Assembly: GCA_965178125.1 (NCBI GenBank)
Contig: OZ237738.1
Coordinates: 868,001 to 932,000 of the forward strand
Direction: 5' to 3'
Length of the DNA stretch: 64,000 nt
DNA from: Bilabrum cf. latius
Lineage: Eukaryota
Positions within the stretch are counted from its first letter, which is position 1. Each line of letters begins with the position of its first letter. Under the pieces are notes generated by a model. The model saw nothing but the letters and a program-made list of their open reading frames with translations, was not told the DNA's origin and did not search any database. The position numbers and the translations under genes were made by a program. Positions 24,484-36,534 of the stretch are shown here, piece after piece.

Positions 24484-27400
24484 TCACCCCTTCACTCCGT
24501 CTTTCTTCGCGCCGCGTTTTGGCAAGCCAGGCACGGCATTTGCAGGCAAGATATAGCTGTACCCACCGGGCATCTCCACGATGCGGCGCTGATCCACCGC
24601 CCACCTCTTCTTGCGGATTCCAGCCCTCACCTTGGCCTTGAAGCCTTTCCACTTGGCCGAAGCAGCCGCCTGCAGCCTGACTGCCTCGTCGGTTGGGTAC
24701 GTCGGCGCCCGCCGCGCGAGGGCATCCACGCGCTCCTTGAGCACGAATAGTCCCGCGTCTGATATCTTGCTCCTAGGAAGCTCCAACAGCTCGCAGAAAG
24801 ACGTGGCGCGAATGGTGGCCGGCGCGAACCCCTTCCAAGGGTCTAGGACGGCCTGCTCGCCGAATATAGAAGGCGGATGCAGCGTGGACACCTCAATCTG
24901 CGGGGCCTGCGTGAGGTCATCGGTAGCGTACAGATCCTACGCATCAAGTTCGGTCTTTGTGGGCGACTCTTGGCCTATGAATCCGCCGCTGCCGAGCGCT
25001 GCGGAGAACTTGCCGGAGGATGCAGGGGGCTGCGTGTCGGCACCATCTTCGCTGTTTCCATCCGTCTTGCCCCTGCCTCGCCTCGTACGCATTGGACTGC
25101 TGGCTATTCCTGACGCCCTTGTTGCATTGCGAACCTCAGCTGCCTGCTATCGAGCCTTCATGCGGTGCCTCTTCGCCTCTGCAGCGAGTGTCTTGGCGTG
25201 CGCCTGCCTCTTGCTGGACGCCCTCTCCTTGAGCAGACGGGCCTTCGACTCAAACAGAGACTGCAACCTGTCCTGGAGCTCTTTTCTGTACCGTTGCACG
25301 CTGGACGGGATGACGTTGTGCGGGCGACGGAGGCGTTCATCCCTAACTTCCGTGCTGTTTGGCTTGCCTTCCTCCTCACCAGCCTTCTCTTCGATCGATC
25401 CTGGTCGCTGCGTTAAGCTATCTTTCTACCCTGCTCTTAGACCAAGGGCTGTCGTGTACCCGAGACCTTCCGGAGGGACATCCACACCGGTTTCTTGTCG
25501 CAGCATGGCGCGCACACCAGGGGGAAGCGGCAGCTTGGAGCCGCCCCGCATAGAGTGGTGGTAGGAGTACACGTACGATAGCGAGTCGAGCTGCTCCCTG
25601 GCCTCTCGCAGCGCGTGGTTCAGCGATGAAAGCTCGTCACTGGCCTTGTACACGGTGCAAAGGCCTCGAAGAAGCACAAACAGGGCCGTGGGGAGCCCTC
25701 GCTGCCGCACCAGCTCTTCACCTGCACGAACGGTCTTCACCTTGGCTGCAGCCGCCAGTCGCAGGAGGTCGGGCTCCGGCCACAAATCCTCTGGAAACGC
25801 GCCGGTGCGACGAAGGGCTTCCGCCTTTGCCTCTAGGAGCGCGATAAATGCCCTGTCCATGCGAAGAGCAAAGAAGTCCTGTGCCTCGACGAACAGGATC
25901 TCGGCACCACCGCGCGCGCGTTGTAGCCCAGGCTCGCCCCCACCCCCTCGACCAGTCTGCATCCCGCCGCTTTGATCATGCACCGCTCCGCCCGCTCCTC
26001 CCACCACGCCAAGGCATCTACCCGCTTCGCCTTGCAGGAGCGGCAGTTCCCCGTACGTATCGCCTGGATCCAGCGTGTCTACCGTGACAGGGACGGCCAT
26101 TTGGGGGACTCGGATGGTGACTCGCAACGCACCGCTCATCACAATTAGCAGACCTCGCGGCCGCTGCCCCTCCCGACACGCTAGCTCACCGTCAGCCACT
26201 CGCCTGTATCTGACACATCTCGCTAGCGCCGTTCTCGCCTCCATAGATAGCCGGCGAACCACCGGCATGGGATCCAGCAGGCTCAAGATCGCAGACACCG
26301 CGGCCGGTCCACGGCGAGTTGGTTTCGTCGCGAGAGCCTCCTGAGCACCCGTTGGAGCTCCTAGGATTGCGCTGAACGCATCTAAAGTACCACTGATGAC
26401 CTGATCATACGGCGCGGCAGGCGGCGGCAGCAGCTCCACAACGCTGCCCGTCCCAGAGACATTGTCCATTGTAGCCAAAGAACCGCGGCGGCGGCGATGC
26501 CTGCGACGGCGAGATGTTGTGCTAGCCACTGAACCTCCAGCCAGCTTAAGTGAGCGCGAGGCCGCTTGTCTTAGCGCCTCACCACGCGCTACACCTTCCG
26601 CGCTGGAATCCTGCGTGAGCTTGATGCCCATTTTTGCCTGCAGGTCCAAGTCTTCGAGGACGCGGCTTTCTTGCGCTCGTACCGAGGTGGGAGCCACGGT
26701 GAGCCTCCATGGATTCAATAGGGTGTCCTGGGCTAGCATGCCCCGAGACGCGACGTGGGACGACACCTCTGGCAGAGCAGCTGCATGGGCTGCCAGCAAA
26801 GCCACAGTCCCGTCGTGGCCAAATCGAAGGGCATCCATCACAGCCGCGGATGCCGGCTCCATTTCAGCAGACTTGGGCAACTCTGGGCCTTCATCCAGCA
26901 GCTGAGCAACGGATGCAGCCGCTTGTACGCCGGTGAGGCCGCCGGGTGTGCCGCCACGAAGCGACGGCACATCGACGATCATCTTCTGGGTACCAGGACC
27001 GGAGGTGTCCTTTGCCGCATCGTATGCCAGGATGGACATGCTGCCGGTGGTTGCAAACTCAGATTGCGCCAAAGCAACCCCGCTCATGCCCGAGGCAGCG
27101 CTGTCCGTACGAAGAGACGCGCGGCTGCTTCTCTCCAGACCGCCCGCGGCAGAGCTCCTCCCAACCCCGGGAAGCGAGGACATTGAGCTTGTGTGACCTC
27201 CGTTCTGCCAGGTCGTCCTTCTCCTTGCCGCGCGGGCTGCGATGACTGAGCTGACGGAACGAGATGCGCGCAAGCCGCCGTGTGGTGCGACTAGGAGTGA
27301 GCCCAGCTCTTCTTCTTCAGCAAAGGCAGATGTTGTGCTGCTGACAGACATTCCAGACAGCCTACCAAGCCCATTTGCTGATCCCCCGACGTTTGACGAA

Positions 27401-30400
27401 GCTGTAGCTCCAGATGCTTCGATCGCACTCGTTCCAATCTCACCTGCCAGCTTCGCGCCCGCATCTAGAAGAGACACCGATCGCAACGATTCCATGCTCT
27501 CCTAAAACAAGGAATCCGCAATGAGCTGCTTCTCTTGCTTAACGGCCTGCTTGGCTGACTTCAACTCTGCAGATGCGCGCGCAATGGCGCGTTCGTAGTG
27601 TATAGCTGCCGCTGCGTCCTCCTGTGCCTTCATAAAGTCGCCGTTCCGACGCAGCAGCAGGCTTCGCAACCGAAGGACGTCAGGGTCGTGGTGCTTCTGC
27701 AAATTTCGCAATCTTGTTGCAATGCTGACCGGGCCTACCATCTTGGCATGCTCCAGTGCCTGCTCCTCGGCGGCGTGGTCAGCTTGCTTGAGCTTCTCTG
27801 CATCTGCAGCCGCTCGCACCGCTGCCAATGCCGCCTGGCTTCTTCCAGACCGAGCGGTGCTCTGGATGCTCCTACCACTTTTGATTGGACTACGATCCGA
27901 ACTGATACCGCCAGCCGCGCTAGTTCGCCGGGAGGAAGTAGGGGTGCGGGACCGTGAGGAGCGCCTGATTCCGTCTGGTTCGGTAGGTCCCAAGCCAGTT
28001 GTTGCCCTGTCGTTCGCTGAGGCACCGGGTGTACCAGTCTCTCGTGCCGTGGATCCCTTCCCACCGCGGGAGCCACCTCGTGTTGAACCATCCCGAGTAA
28101 GCATGGCTCGCTGCGTTGCCATGGTAGATCCGCTGGGCCGTCCGCCTGCTGTAAGCAACGAGGGGTCGGACAGGAACTCGATCCGGCCCTTGAGCTCTGC
28201 CCACCTCTGGTCGTGCGTTTTGAGAGCCTCGTTGAGTTTCTTCATGGCTTCAACGTGCTTCCCCGTAGATACAAACACCAGTGCCATGTTATACAGCAGT
28301 GGCATCATGTGCAGACCGGAGAGCCCTGCAGCCGCGTCCTTTGCAGATTCGTCTCCCGTCGAGCCGCGGTGCACGTTTCGATCCCCTCGTGCAAGCCTGC
28401 GAGCGACGCGACGCTGCTGGGCCAGATTGTAATCTCGTCGGCGCTTTAAGCACCACTCGAGATCCTTCCTCGCCCCTTCAAATTTCTTGGCGCGCAGCAG
28501 TATGGCAGCTCGAAATGCCCGCGCGATGGCAGAGCGTGGCTCCTGCTGGACGGCCTGGTTGGCTGCAAATATAGCTTCCTTCCAGCCGTTTGCCTCAGCT
28601 TCACGAGCAAGGGCCCGCAGAATCCATGTTCGTGCCCTCGAGTGCCGAGGCATGACCGTGACTGGCGGTTGCTTGGCAGTGCCATGTGCCAGCACGTCAT
28701 CCTTCATCCATCGCCGCCACAAGTGGTCCATGCGGGCAGAGATCTGGTCCAGTGCGGCGTTGCCTTCCCCTTCTCCAAGCAGGTTGGCGTCCAGTTCCTC
28801 CTTGTCAGAGTCAGACGAAGCCACCGTTGAGCTGGTCAGATCTGACTCGTCAGACTCAGAATCACCTGCTAGAGCGTGCTACAACTCTTTTCGCGCCGCC
28901 CTCTTGCTCCTACGGGCGGCAAGCTCGAGTTTGCTTTCATTCTGAGCGATGCTGCGTGCATGTCTCAGGATGGTGGCCTCCTCCTGCGCCGCCTCGCGCA
29001 CTCGCTAGCGCACCAGTGGGTCTTTGATCCTGCGAACCACCGACGGTTCGTCTCTTCGCTTGAATGAGCTTGACTCGCGTAATGAGCCTCGAGCTGCGGA
29101 CGACTCAGACCCGTTCTGACTACTGTGCCCGTCTTTGGACTAGAACGGCAGGCGGGCGCGAATGTGACCTTCGTCTGGGTCGCTTTCGCTACGGTCACGA
29201 GCGCCACCAGCACGGTGTCCTGCTGATGTCAGCCCGCTCGTCAGCTTCATGGACATGTCGAGCTGTTTCTAGGCTCCAGATGCCAGTTTCTCTGTCTGTA
29301 CTTGCACACGGGGAGTGTCCGTCTCTGAGAGGGCCACAGATGCCAACGACGCTCGGCGCCCGACGTGCCTCCCGCCCACCTGCAGCTGAGCGACTGCCTT
29401 GCCTGACTTGGAGGGCGCATCATGCAGATTGTGCTGCTCGTCCAGTGCCCTGGCCAGGATCGATAGTTTGGCGGCCTGATCAGAAGCAGCTTTTGCGGCA
29501 CTGGCGTTCTAGTCAGCTTCTTCGGCGGGGGCACCTGTGATGCTGGACCGGCGGAAGACGAGTCGCGAGCCGGTCAGCTTGGCGCCCCGCTTCTTCGATT
29601 TCGACTTTGACTTACTCGCGTTCAGCACAGCCAGTTTGTCAGGCGGGATGAACTCTTCCGTTTGCGTCTCTTCAAACACCTGCCCATCCGTCACCTCGCG
29701 GCGAAAAGACTCACCGGTTCCGTCTCCTTCACGGGCAGCATCGCCGTGAGGGATGTCATCGCCTGCACCAGAAGCTCTCGAACTTTGCCCATACTGAGAT
29801 GCTTCATAGTCGAGCAAGTCACGTGCCTAGTGTCGGATATTCAGCTTCACTTCACCCGCTGCAATTGCTCGGAGCAGGTGCAGCGGTGCCGTCTTTTTGT
29901 TGATGCCGGACGACACTTCTTCTTCGCCAACCTCGGCCACTTGTTTGGCAGCTCGCTACCGAGTTGGACCTTCGACACCGTCTCCGGGCGCCTGTCGCCT
30001 CAGCTATACATCCAGCTGGTGCCGATTTGCGAGGCGAAGCACCTCTTGGCTTGCAGGACCTAGCTACTTTCCTGCCTCCCCGTACTGGCTCGCTTCAGCG
30101 CCGTACGTACCGTCTTCGCCAGATCCTGCCAATCGGTACAGGTCTTCAAGGTCGCTTGCAGACACTGATCCTTTGCGGAGTTTCGCGGCCACGCCATCCT
30201 CGCCAAGAAGCCAGCCGAGGGCCTCAACAGGTTCCACACCGCGCTCCTCTGCGGCGTGCAGGGCGCGAAGCTTCGTTTCAACGCGCTTCACGAGCAGATC
30301 AACGTCCTCCGCCAGTGAGCGCTGCAGCCTCGACCGGGCCCTATCAAGCGCAAGCTTGGCCGCACCCAGCTGCTGCTCGGACAAGGCCACTGCTTTGCGC

Positions 30401-33063
30401 GCTTGCTCTGATTCTTGCTCTGTGGAGCGGCGTTGCATGCTTAGCCTGCGCTCGTGGATCCGTCGCCTGTCCGGATTGTTTGATTGAGGTGGGCTTGATC
30501 CTTCTTCGACACTAGTGGGAACAGTGTCTCGGTCGGCTGACGGCTCAACTGCTGGAAGCTGCATCTTTCCTTCTCGAGCTGCTTCGCGGAGCAGCCGGGC
30601 AGCCTCTGCTTCTGCGTCCGCGCTTGCCTGCCTCTGCCGTGCGCGCTCCAGCTGCTCTTCACGCTGTGCTTGCTCTCGTTCAGCCTCCTGCAGCTCGGCC
30701 AGACCTTTCAAGATGACCACGCTCTGTCCAGAAACCGATACACGGCGCAATCCACGCCTCAAATCAGAGGGGTTCACCACTCTGTACCGCCGCAGCAGGT
30801 TCAAGCGGGAGGCTGGATAGTACAGCGAATCCAAAGAGTGCACCCGGTGCGGCTTAATGGGCGCCGAAGAAAATCTCTTGGATCCTTTGGAGCTCTTCGT
30901 GTTGGTGGACGACGCCTTGCTGCCCACACTCGTCTTGGAGCCTCGACGCTTCAGTGATTTCTGCTCAATGCTCTGCTTTCTCAGCTTCTTCACCGCGAGG
31001 GTGTGCTCTTCGGCTTCCCCGAGGTCCAGCATGGCGGCAAGCATTTGCTCAGGATCATCTTCGTCCACCCCGCTACCGATGCCTGCGGCAGGCACGCTGC
31101 CTAGGCCATCGAATGTGGCAGCGGTTGCGCCCCCACGGACGGCTGACTCCGCGCGCAGGTCGATACCCTTTCCAAATGAGGCTAGACGGGCGTCTGCAGC
31201 CTGCAAGTCCGCAGCATCAGACCAGTGCGCAGCCCTGCTGGCAGCTGCAGCCGCCATGGTGCGCGGTGTGGCCCTACCTTCGCCCACCTCTGCGTCCCTT
31301 CCAGCCGTGCTTGCCATTTGAAGCCGTGCGTTGTCAGTGATGGCGGCATCTTGCTGCTCTTTCTGCCAGACATCTGTGTGCTCTCGGCCGGCCCTGCGTC
31401 GGCGGGCGTTGGCATCCTCCACGAATCTACCGCTTGTGACGTAGGTTGCCTCCCTTCCTGCCTTGCGGTACCGCTTGATGAGGAGGAGCAGTCTTCGGGT
31501 CAGCAAATCGCGGTCCAGGGGACGCTCCACCACGCCATCGCAGCCAATCTCCTCCGCCTCGCGCAGAACACCAGCCACTCGCTTCGACCTGAGATCGCCG
31601 CTGCGCTCGCCTCTGGCCAGGCTTGCCACTGGGGGCGAGCACATGAGCATTGGCACGTGTCGCCCGTTCGACCGGAGGGACCGAAGCAGTGCCTCGGTGG
31701 GATCGCCGGCAGCAAGATCAATTATCAGCGCAGACACTCCAATGCGGGGATCTCTGACTGCCGTGCTAACTGCCCTGGCGTCATCGGTGACGGTCACCTT
31801 GAGATTCAGCTGGGCCGCTTTTGCAAATCTGTTGTACTCCTCTTCCGTGCTGCCAGCCTTCCCTGCGAACACCGCGATCACGTGAGGTCTCGCGTCATCC
31901 AGGGCAGGTGGAGCTATTCTGCTTGCCGCCGTACCAGTGCGCGCGCTGCTCCCACCGCCCTGCTGTCTGTGCTGCCGCTGCTGCTGCTCTTTTTGCGTGC
32001 TATCAAGCCTTGCTTCAGGAGCGTTGACATCACTAGAAGATGCACTGTTGTTACCGGATAGACCCTTCTGATTCTGAATGCTGGCTATGGCAGCTGCCGC
32101 CGTGCGACTCTGCGCGGCACCCCCGAACGTCACCGCCCCCCCACCAGTACCGTGCCCACCCGCAGCAACAGAATCGCCCAGGCCAGTAGCGGCACGTCCA
32201 GGACTACCTCTGGCTGTTCCATCTGGTGTAGATGCGCCCGTGTTCGGTCTTGCTCGTGAAATAGGCACTCTGGGAAAGCGCTTGGCTGCCTTTCCACCGA
32301 GCCTGACAGGGGGTACGGGGTGCTTTCCGCCTGGGCTTTCAGTTCTGGAGGACGCGGCGTGAAGTGGACTGCCGCTCCCACCATGCTCTGCCTATTTCTT
32401 AACCATTTTTATCCTTAACAGTTCCAGCTTGTCGTGCTCCGATTGGGCTAGCGCTTCCTCTTCCTCTGCATCTGCAACGGTGTTTGAGCTCTGCAGCCGT
32501 TGGCGTCGAACGCTGCTATCCAGCAGATCTGCCAGTCCAGGAGGGCCTTGCAATCCAAGACCCTTCGACACCATGACGCGGCCATCCTGGTGAGACTGCT
32601 CTGGTGCTGCGGATGCGAGATTGGAGTACGACCCAGGAGTTGGCGACGCTCCTGCTGGGCGGGGACGAGGAGTAATAACGGCACCGTCACCCTGCAAGCC
32701 CGGCTCAATCATATTGCGATCTTCGGCTGAACCAGTCGCCTGCACTTGAGCGCTATCTTGCTGCTTGCTTAGCAGGTTTCTCCTTGACCTTGCCCCGACG
32801 AGCTTCATCTGGCCTATCGACACGATTGGAAGTGATCGCTCGCTCGCACTTCGCTTAATCTCTGCAGATGATGGCTTGCCAAGCAAAGGTCCAGATGCAC
32901 CCGCACCAGGGCCTGCTTTGGCAACAGTGGCTCGAGCTGGCCGTTCATCGTCTGCTTCGGAATCTGATGAGCTTGGTGCCTGATCTGGATCGCGTTCCCC
33001 TCGCTCCTCAGGACTAAGCAGTTTAAGCAAATGAGAAGGGGTAGTATCACGATGTGATGCCAT
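24484..33063 (-). CDS. Giant protein (~2860 aa) with a receiver(REC)-like domain, TPR motifs and two cyclic-nucleotide-binding domains
   Basis: ORFs 32392-33063, 30064-32268, 29509-29817, 27502-28824, 25426-27495 and 24484-24891 share one frame joined by TAG. Ends TGA. cNMP motifs REGQRPRGLLIVMSG..PGDTYGELPLL and LFVLLRG..IFGEQAVL..ATIRATSFCELLEL. REC-like ALIIDL..VPMLMCS..GCDGVVERPLD. TPR-like LYNMALVFVSTGKHVEAMKKLNEALK. Confidence 0.75.
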
Positions 33064-33608
33064 CTAGAACGTATCCTTCGTATGTCGCACAGAATCCGAC
33101 TTGGTCGCACGAACAAACCCGGAGCCGCTGTTAACGGCTAGAATCCTCAAGGCTTCCAAACAGTGACTGTGTTGGGTGCGAGCCCAGCTACCATTGAGTG
33201 AAATGAAGTAACTGAAGCGAATATGGCGACCGTGTGGACACTTGGGCATTCGATGCAACGAGGTGGATCACTGCCAAAATGGAATGATAATCCAACACTA
33301 GCCGTCTCGACTACGGCGAAGTTGAGCTCTAGTACCTCTGTAGCGATGCCCAAGATCGATTTGATGAAAGGTGCTGGTTTGAGCGCGTGCCATGACTAGG
33401 GAACGAGGATGCTAGTGTAGCGAAACAGCCTGGCTTGTTTGGGCCAGCAAGGCAAGGCAACTACTCGTGGTGAAGTAGCTGACGCGGTATCGAGCTCAAG
33501 CAAGTCAATACGACAAGATGACTCGATGTACAGTAACATCCACGAAGCATCTAAAAATCGGGGTGGTGTGAGCCATGGCAAGGCTTCTGCTGGGTAGCGC
33601 CAAGCACG

Positions 33609-34658
33609 TCAACGACGGCCCAGGCAAGGGGTAACCCCGGGTATCAGGGATGGGATCGAGACAGACTCCGTTGAGGACTTGAGGAGCACAATCTCGTAGT
33701 AGTAGCCAGTTGTCTCATCCCTGGAGCAACTCAAGCGAACGGAGGTATTTGACGGCCGGGCACCAGCGCACCCAATGCCTTCGCGAGGCGATCGCGCCGC
33801 GGCCAGGACCCGGCCCCCAGCAAGGGACCCCCCGACATCTAGATCGAGAGAGCCCGGCCTGTGTCGTGACACCTCGGACCCGATGGGCCTCACAGCCACA
33901 TTCGTTACAGGGGCGGGCGCAGCCTTGGACACGCGGCGAGCCGTAGATGCAGCCACGGGACAGCACACAAACGCTGACAGGTTCTGGGCAGGGTCGCTTC
34001 GGGATGGCACACAGATTGCTACGCTGCGTGATCGGGGCACACGAGGTCGCCAGCGAGGAGGCTCAGGCTGGCGTGCAGCTGCCGGCCTAGAGGGACACCG
34101 GTCCGATAGATCCTAGATCAATTCAAAACCAGGGTTTGGGGGTCTGGCACGAAGCCACGTTCCCGAGGGCGGGCAGTGGCAGCGCGGCGATGGGCTGGGC
34201 GCAGAGAGGCCGGAGGCGTTGGGGGCTGGGCTCGGCGTGCCGAGCGCGATGGCAAGGACAGTGCAGCCACCGCACCGCATGATGACGTCGCGTGCAGGTC
34301 GGGTGGAACGTGCTGCTGGCCTCAGTGGCGCCCAGGTGCGCAGGCCGGGCGCGTGGTCAGTTCGCACGTCTGGAGGCACGTGGGACAGATCCCGCGGTCC
34401 TCCATTCCTTCTGCAGTCATCCGGCCGCTAGGCCCACAGCTTGCGTTGATTATCGTTGCAGTCCACATACTGCTTCAATGAGGCTGCATTGGTTTTTGTG
34501 GCTTCTGCATTGCAGTAGTTGCAGCCGCAGTGGAACACCGCGATGAACCGCCCCGTCACCGGGCCCAAGCCCGCGTCCTCGCACGAGGTTGGCACTCCCT
34601 CCATGGGCCCGGTCCCCACCCTCTCGTAGGGCCCTGCCCAGTGGTCTGCCCATGCCAT
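33609..34658 (-). CDS. Hypothetical protein (~349 aa, reading TAG as Gln)
   Basis: ORFs 34428-34658, 34113-34379 and 33609-34040 are in frame and joined via two TAG. Cys-rich N-terminus (HCGCNYC). No family recognised; it may contain introns. Confidence 0.35.
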
Positions 34659-34875
34659 TATACCACCGGGCCAGCTTCACCTCGCGTCCACAGCAGTCCC
34701 AAGGCAGTACGGCTTGCACTTGAACTACAGTGCCGTGCCACCGCCCGTGCGCAGCAACAGGCTCGCAAATGCAGCACTCTACGATCTGAAAGCGAAGTTT
34801 GCGAACCTAGCGAAACTTGTCATTGCAATTATAGTAGGCTTTCTGAGCTGCTGACCCTGAGTGGTGCTCCGACCG

Positions 34876-36294
34876 ATGGATCAAGCAAGTTTGATTGGCG
34901 GGGCATAGGTAGCAAAGGCCGTCAAACCCTCGCGATGCTGGAGATGGTCACTGCTAGCCATGTTCTCTGCCGCAATGATAGCGTGTACCAGTGCTGAGGT
35001 AATCGTGACCAAGGTACTGAACTACGACTATGACGTATCTCTTCCAATCCTCTCGGCCATGTTCACGCAAAGCTATTCCGTCATTGCTGGTGTCGTGTAC
35101 GCATCTATGGTGCTTCAAGAAGGCAAGTGGAATATGACGTGGCTGAAGCTGGGAAAGCTTTGCCTTGTGGGAGCGAACTCGGCCGCGTCGGCTGCCCTGA
35201 GGGCATGGGGCATCAATGCGATCCCAGGCTCGATCTTCGTTGTGGTTTGCTCCCTCGACTTGACATTCACGACGATACTGACTCGAATATTCCTGCCCCA
35301 TAAGACGTTCACGTGGGCGCACTACACGGCAGCGGCTCTAGCGACCGGGGCCATGGTTGTGGTTGCATTCGGGAAGAAGGCCGATGATACGAGGTACGTG
35401 TGCGACGGGAACTCGTGCTTTGACGATTGGACGCCGGGCATGCTTGCATCTGCTGGATCTGCCCTTCTGTCAGCCGTGAATAGCCTGCTGTCTGCCTTTG
35501 TGCTCGGCGAGGACAAGACGAGCGGGCTGATCGGATCGGTCGAGCTCGCGTTCTTCTACAGCGCTGTTCCTACCCTTCTGCTGCCCGCCGTTGCTTTCAT
35601 CTTCAACGAGCCGTTTCGCCCCCGCACTGGATGGGTGGTCACCTTCAAGACAGTGGGCACTTCCTCCGCGGTCCTGGCAGCCGTTTTCTGCTGCTACGTG
35701 TCGACAGGCCTGGCGAAGTTCGGGTCTAGGATGTTTCGGTTCTAGATCTTGTCCATGAAGGGGCCATTTTTCTTCTCCTTGGTGAACGTGGCCTCGAGGC
35801 TGGTGACTGCCGGGATCGCCATCGTGGCACTCAGCGAGGGCTTCAACTGGAACAAGGGGGTCGCGCTCGCTGTGGTGGTCGTGGCACTCGGGATATACTC
35901 GTACGGGTCCTACACAAATATGCAGGCTGCCAAGCAGGCCAAGCTGGAGCACGAGAGGGAGCAGGCCGCGGGAATGCTCGCCCATGGACAGCAGGGTGCA
36001 GGCGAGATGGGCTACCAGCAAGCGAACTTGAGCCCGCCTCCAGACGAATGCAACCCGCTGGACGGAGATGGAGAGAGCAGCGTCCTTATTTTGGAGAGAG
36101 GGGACAGCATGGGCTCGGTCAGCAGCAGGAAGAGCACCAGCTCTGGGGGTGCCGTGCGAGTTGCACTGGCTGCTCGCTCCTCCAGCAGCCTTAACGCACC
36201 GCTGATCGATGGGAACGGCGTTGACTATGATGAGGCATTCATAATGCCAGGTGACTCGTAGCAGGTGCACAGGGCTTCAGAAGGTATTGACTGA
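34876..36294 (+). CDS. Drug/metabolite transporter superfamily protein (EamA/purine-permease-like, ~472 aa)
   Basis: About 10 hydrophobic helices and the DMT-type motif GINAIPGSIFVVVCSLDLTFTTILTRIFL. In-frame TAG at 34906, 35743 and 36259. Ends TGA 36292-36294. Confidence 0.8.
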
Positions 36295-36482
36295 TTGTGA
36301 CATTTTTCATGTTGCTTGTCGACAGATTTTCCCGGACGCACGATCCATCAGAACCCGCACCCAGGCCTGCACGTTGTGCTACTAGGTGGAGCTATGCGCT
36401 GCCTTGCTGCAATGGCTTCAATTTGACCCTACGGACCCCGTTCGGAAGCACCTGCTTTTCAGATTTTGAACCCTCTTCCGGT

Positions 36483-36518
36483 ATTTATGGAATCTCTTAC
36501 TCTAGAGATTCCATAAAT
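36483..36518. repeat. Perfect 15-bp inverted repeat (hairpin)
   Basis: ATTTATGGAATCTCT, loop TACTCT, then AGAGATTCCATAAAT. Confidence 0.85.
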
Positions 36519-36534
36519 TTCGTCAAATCGGAAT

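Noticed and set aside
33064-33581. Short minus-strand ORFs upstream of the cNMP-binding gene
   Set aside because: 33064-33258 could extend that gene through a TAG, but nothing in the sequence supports it. The others have no motifs and may be UTR or unresolved exons.
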